DNA from: Choristocarpus tenellus KU-1152
Taxonomy: Eukaryota; Protista; Phaeophyceae
Direction: 5' to 3'
Assembly (NCBI GenBank): GCA_964200185.2
Contig: CAXNAD020000065.1
Span: forward strand, 1 to 33,288
Length of the DNA stretch: 33,288 nt
Below, piece after piece: positions 12,701-24,700 of this stretch. Each line of letters starts with the position of its first letter. Within the stretch, counting starts at the first letter, position 1. Position numbers and translations under genes: made by a program. A model generated the notes under the pieces. The model ran no database searches. It saw nothing but the letters and a program-made list of their open reading frames with translations, and had not been told where the DNA came from.

Positions 12701-15700
12701 TAGCATGGTGCATGGTGATAAAATATCAAGGAAAAACGTCTAGGAGGAATTGGACCGTGTGCATTCGATTGCTTTATCTGGTTGGTGATTGGTCATTACT
12801 ACCAATGATGAAGACATCATCTACTTCTTCCACCAATAGACAATTTTCTTGTCATGTATATTGATGTGTATATTTGATACTTGTGTCTTTCTGTTGTTGA
12901 TGAGCTTGTCTTCGCGAATACATTTCATCGATGAAGTATTATATTTTAGCGTACTCAGCATTTAACCCCTGGCATTGTTATGCAGATTGCGTCATATCGT
13001 TGAAAGCCATTGTCTACAAATGTGTGAACGAAAATATTTAAGATGCCTTTTACTGTTGCATGTTTCAAAAGTCTCCTAATGGCGTACATTACCCTCCACC
13101 AACCACATGTAGACGTTTAAGCAAGCTAGAGATTATCACCGGTCTGCTCCAAACACCGTTGTGGTTGTACTCCTGGATGAAGTTGGCCTTGCTGAACAAT
13201 CTCCTCACTTGCCCTTAAAGGTGAGATTTCCTTTCTTCCAAAGCTTGTTTTTGCACTTTGCACCTGCTCAAGTGCAATGTCAAATGATTTGGGTTCAGAG
13301 AGGTTTTGGATATAGTTGTTTTTCCTTAATTGAGATATATGGAAATTTCTGTAATGTTTGAATTTTCTTATGACAAAATGTCTACAGTGTGCATGCCTGC
13401 TGGTGTTGTGTGCCCCTTATGCTCCTTTTTTCGATTTTTTATCCTAACCTACTTGAACATGTTACGACAAGTACTTTGTACTGAAGCATGGAAAAATGAA
13501 GATTTTCCTTAGTTTCTTTGATTGTCTCAGTGGACTGATTTAGTGTGACGAACCAATCTCCAGGGACCCTGCGGCATACTATGGATGGGTAAAACAATAA
13601 CATTATCAACAAGTAATCTACACGTTTACGAGTATGGATTGATAACCTAGAGCTCTAGTCGCTGACATCCTCCAAAACGTATATATATTCTCAATGACAG
13701 GTTCTCCATAAGATCCTTGATGAAGCCCAACATGGGGAGACAGTTGTGGGCATATCCAACTGGGCACTGGACTCTGCCAAGATGAATCGTGCTGTACACA
13801 TCCATCGCCCTCCTCCAACAGTTAAAGACCTAACACTTACTGCACAGGGAATGAGCAGTGTCAGTGTTGGAGGCAGTGAGAACAGCATTGGCCGTAGCTG
13901 GAACTGGAACAGGTGGGTTGAGGCCAGGAATGTCAGACAAACTCTCAACGGACTGGCCCGTGCTTATGCAGGAGTCTATGAGCAGCAAAGGCATGCTGAT
14001 TTCTGGGGCCTCAGAGAGTTCTACTCAACAGTACGAGGAGTTGACCACTATCTCAGGTTTGGAAGTGGTTCTAATGCTTATGCTTTCGGTGACAATCAGG
14101 ATTGCATCTGTTTAGGACGTGCCAGTGGTTTAGAAAAGTTTTGGCCTTGCTGTATTGTTGCTACAATCGTTTTATGTATACATGTTTGAGTTATTTACGT
14201 TGATGATATCAGCATGTTTTTTTGGACTATAATCACAAACAAGAGCAACACTGAGTATCTCTTTGATAGGATTTTTTTATCCCTGCAAACAGGTCGCCTA
14301 AATGCAACATTTTATCCGACTGGGGTTCTGTTCCATGCAAACTAGAAGCAACAATTTTGATCCATTGATCACCTCTGACCCGAGAATTTGTACCTTTCTT
14401 TGAGCTTATCTTTCGGTCTCTTGCTGATTGAAAGCCAAATCCTGAACAGCAACTGTGTCCTTGGTTGACACGAAGTTGACACCAACAACGGCTTGAGTCT
14501 GGATAGTTGAACTAAAATATCTTTGTTAGTCCCAAGTAGGAGCTACTGATTATTTAAGTTTTAGACCTGGGTTGTGGTTGAAGTGACGGTCATGATAATG
14601 TGAGGGTGGACTGGAATTTGCATGTCAGCACTTAGTTGGTGCTACGTGAGGAATTTTGAGACCACCCCAGTTAGGCTTCCAGGTTGCTACTGTTGATGCT
14701 TTGGCAATGGTTGTGTTATGTTCGTGTTGTTGTCAACCTTGGTGCAGTGTAATTTTGTTTGGTTAAGGCGTTCCTGTCTGTACATTCAACACAATCACTT
14801 CTTCAGTTAACAACATAATTCATCCCTTCCAGGAACCATGTCATGTCAGAGGTCAACAAAGGTCGTGATTTCAATTCTTACATCAGAGGAGTGGAAAACG
14901 GACACATCGACATTCCACCTGCTGTGCTTGTTCGAGTGGTGCTTCGGAACTTTGGTGGAAGGTTTGATATATGTTGTATGTAACAATCTGGTGCAAAAAT
15001 GGGTGAGGGTGTGGCTGTGTTTGTTGCATGGTCATGATTCAGAGTGGGCTACTTGATGTGTGGATTGTATATTTTTCTGTCTGCGGGGGCTGGCATTTTC
15101 CAACCATGCTGACTCATACTGGATGTTGAATTCTTTTGGTGCTCTTCAGCAGCATTTTGTTCGAGGAATTAGAGATTTGAATATAACAACCAGTATTGTC
15201 AACAGGATGCTTTTGTATGGGATTGTATCGATTTGATTTTTTCTGCCACTCCAACATATTTTCATCAGTTTTTGGTTGCAAGTCATATAGGTATTAGTAT
15301 CCCTATTATTCCACCATTACGTAGATATACTTCTTACACACTGGTCAGCTTTGCACCACCATGGAATTTGAGCTGACTTGCTTTGTTTCTTTCCTTTGTA
15401 TCCTTCTTGTTTCCTGACAGACCCCAGTCTGAAACGTTTGAAGTTTTGAATGTTTTCTTCTCAGAGCTGCTCCAACAATCCCCTCCTCCTGTGTATACTC
15501 TGCCAACAGTGGATGAACTTATCCGTGACAACCTTGCGGAGAAGAAGGTTTGAGAATCTACCTTGCAAGATTTTCTGTTATGGCTAGTTAGATTCTGAAA
15601 GCTGAGACCTTTGTTTGGATGATTGGAGATGACGTGCCATTGGTAGCAGTTGCCATTAATCTGTAAATAAAGCTCCTGCAACTCACTCCCACCTTCACTT

Positions 15701-18700
15701 TAGAGCTGCTTAGGTCACATAGTGGACTGTGGCTAATGGTCTAGAACATAGGGCACTCCCACTGAAACGATATTGAAATATGCAGAAGTCAATATCAAGG
15801 AATTTCAGAGGTGGTATGAATAAGTGAATTCATGCCAGCATTAGTCGCCTTTCTGTTAAGAAAATTGCTCCATTTTTGTTTTGGCATTGGTCATTATGAA
15901 GGATGATGTGCATCTTGATATCTTCAAGTTGGACGCCTTCTATGGGGTAAGAGGCTTGTGCCACCTTAAGTCTGGACTTGTGATTGCTGCATGAAAATGC
16001 TTGAGGGAGACAAAAGTTTGTTGGGGGAATGGCCTGAGCTGTTCGAGCATTGACTATTGGTATTGATTGTTGGGATGGGGGTAGTGCCAATCCAACGTAA
16101 TCTTATCCAACGTACTCTTAAATAATATAGGAGTATATTGTAGTGTACTCACGATTTGTTCTGTGAACAAATGCCGATGTTGTTCTCCTTGCTGGGTATC
16201 ATGCTATTGTTCAACAAATTGTCGTCCTGCATGCAGTTCCTACATTTTCTGGACAGTATGTTGTGCGGCACTTAATAATTTTTTCTTCCTGTGTATGATG
16301 AGTATGAGTAGAGTTTATATCACCTTACTATTACCTAAACAAGTGAAATCCTTTGTTAATCTTATTCAGGCATTTTTTCCCTTCTAAGCATTAATTGTAG
16401 ATAACTTAAGGTGAACATGTTCGGCTTTTCCATATCACACTCTGATCCCTTCGGTAAAATGGGACTTTTTTACCTCTTCTCAGGCCCGCCACCTTATGCT
16501 ACTGACAAAGAATAATGCCGCACTGAGTCTACTATTTGACATGAAGCTTCTGGACCACAGCACAACTGAGGTGCTCTTTGGCAGTGACTTTCCTGGTGAC
16601 AGGACAGATATGCAGGTACGCTGAGTGTACACAGGCTTCATCAAACTATGAACGTAGGTTTGCAATAGTCCAATGAGCCCTCGTCTCAAGGACCTGGGAC
16701 TTGGGATCGTGTTGCAGAATTCCTACATCTGAACCAATGCACACTCTGTGGTGTTGTAATAATTTTACTATGCTGTTATTTCTTAGCAAACAAGCCTAAA
16801 ATCTGAGGACCCAAAATCTATGTAAGATTATTCCGTAGACATAGACTGCAGCAACAAATGAAAGGATCTCCTCAACTATCTTCTTCTCTAGACATCTATT
16901 CTTAGTCTGCTAGAGCTGTTTATGGCGTTATGGCAATCATTATTGTTGAACTGTATAGGCAAGCAAATACCTGGTTTAACTGTTCTCCGGCCTTCCTTCT
17001 TTACTCCACACCTTGTCTCCACTTCTTGAATAATACCTTGCTGCTATGATAGGTCTGTCTGGATATCCAGACAGTTAAAGCATGCATGGCCCGGGGTGGC
17101 ACAGTTGTTCTGGTGCACTGTGAATGTATGTATGAGTCTCTTTATGACCTTCTCAACCAACACTACACAGAGTGCGCTGGAAGGCTTTATGTGCGCTTGG
17201 CTATGGGAGCTCATAGCCAACTCTGCCCGCTTGATCCAAAGTTCAGGTATAGCTCCCCTCACAGGGAGATTAATCTTGGCAATAGTTTAGCCTGTTAGAA
17301 GTAAAAATATGTATAGGAATCTGTACAGGGGGTTACACTCGGAGCTTTAATTTTAGTTGGTTGTGCCAATTCATGCCTGCTATAACTATGAAATATGTTT
17401 TAGTGTTGGTAGGCTTAAGAATAAATTTAACAAATGTATGACTCCGTAGATTACATTATCTTGTTGAAGAACCCATGAATACGAGAGTGAGGAAGCAGGA
17501 GAAATTGAGGGGAAGACCTGTCTTTCTTGTCCTTTTCTTTGCATGGTTTCTCTCTGGTTTAGTCAATTAATTGTGACTGATGTCTCTGAAGGGCAGTTGA
17601 ATCAAATATGTGCAATTGGCATCTATCAAGGGTCACCAGTGTGTCAACTGTTCAGTCACGTATTCATAATGAAGTAATTCATACAGTGCTAGAGTCTTGA
17701 ATGTAAGCATAGTCCAATCTACACCTACGGTCAGAACGTCAGGTGTCTTATCTTTAATGAGGGGTAGCAAAGACACGTCCACATATTACTCTTATCCAAT
17801 CTTGACTCAATATCTATCTAACGGACAATGTGGTTCCGATAGTCAAGATTGTTTGGCTCCAGTATTGAGTTGTATGTACTACTACACAGTGGGATGTCCT
17901 ATCTTTTCTAGTATGTTAAACAGCTTTAGTCAACATTTTTCCTCACTATGTTCTGCTATACTCTCCAAATACGACAATCATGCTGTGTTTGCATCTGGAA
18001 TACTGGGGATAATTCTGGGGTATTTGCGGTGGTACTGCCCAGGGTTGTAGTCGTGGTGGAGAGCATTGAGGCGTATGAGAAACTTGCCCCTCCTCTCCTC
18101 AATCGCTTTGAGAAGCAGGTGAGTCCCTACTACTAGTGGTCCCTCAATAGATATTTGTTTGAGTATTTAAGATAAGTATTTTGCTCTCCAGTTCTAGCAT
18201 CTGTCTCCTTGAATCCAAAGGTGTTAAATTCATAAGTGAAAAGAGGTCTCCTATCTTGACGGTGATTAGTTGAGTATTAGAGGTCCCTGTTACAACCTTC
18301 TGAAACATGTGCTACTAATACTTTGAAGGTAATTTTGCACTTACGTGGAAATTGTTTAGTCTTCTCTTCTACAGTCACACCCTCCCAAAGAGATTTAGTT
18401 GAACTTACCACATAGAAATGAGTCAAGCAGGAGGTTTAGATAATCCTCAATACTCAATAGAGCCTATGTAGACCCCCTTCAAGATGAGAGGACTCAAAAG
18501 GAGACCCTCTAAATGGATTGAAGTCACACTCATCAAACGCGCTCAGTTTTCCTCATTTGCAGCAAGTCTAAAATTTCAACTACTTGCAGGTGTGCATCAT
18601 AGGAAAGGCGTACATGCGTTGGGTGTATTGATCATATGATGCACTTTAAGTATATGTTGGTAGGCAAATCTACAAGCTAGTCCAGGCAAGATCATCGAAT

Positions 18701-21700
18701 TCTGTTGATAATTTTACGAACTGCGTTGAGAAATATTAGCGGGGGTGTGCTCCCTGTGGTTATATACTTGGTGAAAAGCTACTGTGTATCCATTGACCGG
18801 TAGTTGTAGGAACTTGCAACCTATTAAGTGGGTACATGTGTTTTAAAGCGTCTTGATCTTACCTATAGTAAACTTGAAATGGAAATCAAAAATGATATTT
18901 TCAGTTCATTATTTTCACATGGCCTCCCAAAAGTCGTTCAATCAAAGGATCATCTGTAGTTTCAAATGATTTCCTAGTCCCTGAGATATCCATATCATGA
19001 TAAAGTGTGAAGCAACTTGGCTATCCTGAGGTTGGAGTGATAGTGCTGGAAGCTATTGCCATGTATTGACACAAGGCATTTTCATACTTGTTCTTAATTT
19101 GAACTCCAAGTCTCTGCTTTTATTAACATCATGTTCGCATTGTATTTTTGACAGGATAGATGTTGAACTATAAAACCTTCAAATATCAATGTAATATTCA
19201 TGATAAACTTGATGGCAAGTGCAAAAACGTGATATATACCATTATTTTCATCATTTCAAACATACGGGCCACTATATAAGCCCTCTTACTCCCTCAATGC
19301 CCCCATAATTTGTAGGGAAAGGACTAAATATCACATTTTAGTGTTCCTATGTTGGGATAGAGTGTCTCATAGTGGGCATGTTCTGTACCCAACTAATGGG
19401 AGAATGTTGTCAAAGAGAAATCTGTTGTGGTAGTTTGCTACATGCAGCTTGCAGCCTATTGGACGGCTGAGCAAGAGGGGAGAACTTCAAAACATGATGT
19501 TCCAACCACATATTTGACTGAGTGGGGCATACGGAGTAGAGTTCTCCTTTTTGCTCCAATATTCGTCTCGTCACATTATCAGGTTGTTTCAGTCAAAAAT
19601 CATGAAATAACTTTCAAGACCATTTTTGATTTGTTTTATTTGGTACAATTTTGTAGGAAAACCAAAGACGGTACTGCCATTGCAGCATTCTCAACAAAGG
19701 CACATTGTGCAGGTGATAAAGAGTGTAAAGTAGAAGCATATTTAATGTGACGAAGCACTTCAGAGGAATTGCTTTGCGTATGTTAGTTTGTATAGGGATC
19801 ATTATATCAACGCCTCCCGGTCTACCTGCCAAGATGATTTTGGAGATTATTGGGTAAAACCTCATTTTTTGCCAGCATTCTCCACATATGCACCTGATTA
19901 TTTGAATGTATAAAAGACTTGATTACCACCCTTATTTTAGGATCGATATTAAAAAAATAATTTCTGTGCTCCAAATTACTTCCCTAAACTGCCTTTCAGA
20001 TCTTGGGTTGGAGGGAAGTGTTAGACCTCTTCCAACCGTCAGAGCTCTATACCCAACTGATGAATCAGACAAGAGATTTTGCCATGGACCTAGCCAGTGG
20101 CCAAGGCGGACAGACAGACTCAGGTGAAACCGGCAGGAATACTCAACTGAACCTAACTCCTTGTGATTTTGTTGGAGCTGGATTCAAAGAGAAAATCCAC
20201 CATTATTTCCAAATAATGCTGTAGTCATTCATAACCTAAACCAGCAGTAAAGTACAATATTTTTTTGTTTTGCCCTTACACAAGTGCTTAACCATGCTTA
20301 TCCCAACACTTCCTATCCCAGCATTACTGTTCTAAAAAAAATCGTGAATGCTTAGATCTCTAGACCATGCATTTACACGTTTTTGGGGAATGTTATTGAA
20401 GCATTCTGCCCCAAGAAAACTATGATCTGAACCAGATAAGGACACAGGTCTAGAGTGAATTGAGAGTCTTCATGTAACTCTATCCCATCTCTTTACAATT
20501 TGCTGCACTCCTGATATCCTTGGTATTTGAGAGCAGCTCGGTGGGGTGAAATGCGGAAGGCTTTCCCAGGGTATGCCAAGGACTTTCTACCTTCACTAGT
20601 ACTTGCTGTTGTAGAGCTTGCTGGATGTAGTGGACGAAGTTTTCAATGCCGTAGCAGGAACCATGCTCCTTCTCAATCAGATGAAGGTGTAGAAGAGAGC
20701 AAGGGAAGCAATGAGCTTTTTGCAACAAGAGATTCAGATGACAGGAGTAGGGGTGGGGGTGGAGCTGGTGATGGGTGGTGCAATGTTGATCACGCAGAAT
20801 TGACCGTGAAAGATCTGTTTGAGGCGTGCTTGGAGAAGCTACTCTGGGTTGCAACACCAGAGGCCGTTTGCCAGTTGATACGGCACGCAAGGAATCCCAG
20901 TACAAGTCGGCAATCACATCATACCAAGCTAGAGGAGGCAGCAGGTGGAGTTCATTATCTGTGGGAATTAATTGCTGTGTCTAGTGGACCCGCAGAGTGA
21001 TGTTTCACTCAACATTGAATCTCGTCACCAAGAATTCATTCTCATGAACACAACTAGAATGCTGACTCCTCCAGCCCAATGTCAAATTTAACGTAGTTTC
21101 ATAGATCACTCTTATCACCCTAAGATTAGATTAGAGTCCATGTGGTGTGTGTGCTGATACATTTACATTGGCGTAAGGCTCCTAGAGAGAAGTAGCTCTG
21201 CCACACTGATAGTAGTGCAGAACGGGAAACAAAGATAATCGTACCTACTTTTGAACACATGTCTAGTAACACTTGTTGCCATTATATCAAATTCCAAAAC
21301 TGTTACAAAGTCATCATCAGGAACTCCCTTCCGTTTTCCCATTCAATGGCCCTCTGCACCTACCCTCTTGAGAAATGAAGATATGAGTGTGTTGCCCATC
21401 TCTTCTGAGAATATTGTAGCAAAAGGCACTTGGCATTGCCTCTCTCTCCCTTTCACCCCCTGCTCATTCCATCTTTCCAAACCTATACCCATACATCAGA
21501 CAAGTACTTTCAACACCAGACACATGGATCTCTGGAAGACTTTGCGCGGGTAACACTCCCTGCCTGGGGCGGGCAGGGAATGAGCAGTGCTGTCGTTGCA
21601 GGCAGGACTCAAAGTGAATTAGGTTCTGTTGGTGGCTGTGTTGTCGTGACCACGTATGCACCTCTTGAGGGAGATGCTGCAGCGAGGGACTTATGTTGTC

Positions 21701-24700
21701 CTGGTGGAGGTGCATGGAATGTTCATCATGTGGTGATGCATGAGCTGTCTCAGGTGAAGAGTGTGATCCAAGCATGGAGAGTTGCAAGGAGGATTTGGTT
21801 CAAAGGTATAATACCAAAATGTATTGACTATGGTCGGGTTGTGAATATTTTAGGTCCATTCTATGGCCCAACCAATTTGCTTTGTGGGTATTGTGTGGAA
21901 TCATTAGCAGGTTAGCATTACGCAACATGCGTAAAAATGGTTTGTTTTTGAAGGATTGAGGACTAAGATTTGTAGAAATGATGTAAATGTCAGTCAGCCG
22001 AACGTTATCTCTGTGGTTGGAGTTAATGTGTTCCTGACTTTGAAATAATGTTGTGGTACTGGCATGGATGCAAGTAATACAAGAGAGATATTGTGAATCT
22101 TGTAATGATATTATCTTGGTCCTGAGATGATATATATATGCACATATATAATGTATACTTGTATGTTTGGAAATATCAAGAAGCATTTCCTTACTGCCCC
22201 ATGACTCTTTTTAATCAGTTACATCTCTAGATATATTCTGATGATGAAGTGACAGGAACGGGATCTAAAGAAGAGGAGTTTTATAGTTTGTGATTTTTAG
22301 AATATTCCCTTAATATCCCACGTCCCACCCCCCTCTCTGTATTTTTTTGCTATGGTGAATTTAAAGGAACGGGACCTAAAGAAGAGGGTCAGAGACTTCT
22401 TCTCACCAGAATCTGCCAAGGATGGTGACGTTCTACTTCTTCAATTTGACCTACAGGTCTCCCCTGTCCGCATGGTGGAGCATGCCAAGTTTATTGTAGA
22501 AGATGCACGGTATGTCTGCAGTATGGCTACGTGGGAGAAAGGGGGGCATAAAAGGTGGTTTCACCATATGCACAGTGCTATATCTGCGGTATAGGTTGCA
22601 TGATGAGATCCTGAGGAATGACAATCCTTTGGATATCGTTTGACATTTTCCCCCCCCTTGCTTCAAATGCTTCCATGTCTCCTCTTGACCCTCATAGTGC
22701 TGCTCTTGTTCAGAGCCGCCAGGACAGCTCCATTACAATCAAAGGTGCCGGTCGTGGTATCCACGTCATCCTTCTCCTGCATTTGATCAGGGATGACGAT
22801 GCCTTTCGCATGAGTTTTGACACACGTTGGGGTGCTGCCTTTGTGGACAGTGTGGGGGACGGGGTAGGAGGGAATGGTGGGGGGTTGGGAAGCTTGGGTA
22901 TTGTTGGACAGGATGGTGTGCCGAACGCTGTTGAGGCTGTGGGCAAGAGCATGCAGGATGTGGTGACTGGTCTTGATCCAGTGAAGGTATTCTGCCTTGT
23001 AGGCATCCGATTGCTTCCCTACATTTCCACAGACGTTGTCATGAAAAGTGCAAATCCTGCACCATAGATATCGTCTATTTTAGAGGGTTGATATGACTTG
23101 TGAAGATTAGGATGGATGTGATTTCCTTTCTTGGACTGTGACTGCTCTGTAGCAATATTGTTGTCACAAACAGACAAGAAGTTCAACTGATGTTGGGCAT
23201 ACATTCATAACTATAGTATTAGTGGTGTTGATGGGAGATTAAACCTACTATGTGGAGGATTGCTCGCATTGTTTGCTGTCTTGCTGGAAATGTGTTGCCT
23301 GCTCATCAATTTTCCCTCCCTACCTTCAAAAGAATTTTAGGACTCTGCTGACTCCCTTGTTACTTCATTCTCAACCCCTACAAAGAGCTGGAGCTTTGCA
23401 AGTTATCCATTCATGGGTGTAACGTTCGGACATCCCCCTTCCATCCTCTTGTTGTGTGTCTGCCGATGTTTGAGCAATCTGCACATCCTTACTGTTGAAA
23501 TTCTGTTCGTTTTTCACCACCCTGCCAAGACAGTGACCACAGGGGATTGCAACAGCAGTGTAGCACTATTAGTGTTATTTTGGCACGGTGAGGGTTATTT
23601 AACAGTTGACCTGAAGGTACTTCCTACTGCATGACCGGCAGACTCAAAAATGCATCAGTTTCCACAGCGAAAACATACCCCTTTTGTGCCATATTTTTTT
23701 GTGCAGGTGTTGCTGAGCACCATGAGGGCTTCCTTGGCTAGGCTAGACTTCTGTGAGGGAAGATTTCACAGTGTCAATCTGGTACGGTGCTGGACTGGTA
23801 TCCACATGATGTTTGGTTTTCGCCCCAAAAAATGTAGGCAACCTTTGAAATTCGAAGCTATCTCGGTATGGTTTACACTCAAGGTCATTGGATAGTTTGC
23901 TCATCCTCGAATATGTTTGGTGCTTGAAGGGAATCAACACCCCCTAGCTGTGAAATTGTCTTTTGTTGTTGACAATGTTTTCTACATGTTGGTCCCAACA
24001 CCAATCTAGTAGAGCTCAAAGATGCTTTCTATTCAGTAGAAAGATAAGAGTTGTAAAACCACTCCACCATTCTGGCATGATGATGGGATATGTAAACGCA
24101 TGTCACATTCAGTTCACTGACATGAGCTTGAGCAATATGTTGCATCACTGCTTCACCACGTATATCATGTGTCTACTTTTTCGTATGAGTACAAGTTTTG
24201 CAGATGATAGTTACGTGTGCGATAACAAAAGCACTGGTGCCATGTTATTCTAGGATAAGATTGTCCTGATTGATGGATGAGATTTGGGCAGCTTTCAGAG
24301 GTGACTTTGCACTAGTATGCTACTGAGTCGACTAATGGATTTGGTCTGACATTGGGGTCCTATATTTTGGCAGGTTCGAGAGCAAATATGCCTACTCCAG
24401 GATGCTTGCAGCAATAATGGTGGCAGTAGTAGTACTGCTGCAAAGGTTCACGCCGTCCCTTCAGAGTTTGTGATGGCCACTTGGAAGGCGGTTATATACA
24501 GTGTATCGAATGGAAAGCAAGGGTATGCCACAGAAGGAGTTAGAAAAATTGAGGACGGCCCAGGTGCAGGAATGGAGGACAAGGATAAAACAGCAGTGTC
24601 AGAAAAGAAGGAGGAAGTCAAATGTCAGGAGGGTCAAGGGCAAGGAGGGGGGTTAGGAGGGAGGGGGGAAAAGGTTGATGTTGCTTATGCAGCATCTAGT

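Noticed and set aside
16091-16120. 15-bp tandem duplication (tccaacgtaatctta / tccaacgtactctta)
   Set aside because: Ordinary intronic slippage duplication with no evident function.
4837-18118. Dynein heavy chain, midasin or MoxR assignment; several separate small ATPase genes
   Set aside because: GKPGSSKS, QCSP, DEVGLAE, ISNWALDxAKMNR and YESLYDxLNQ are RNF213-specific, and all the pieces splice into a single frame.
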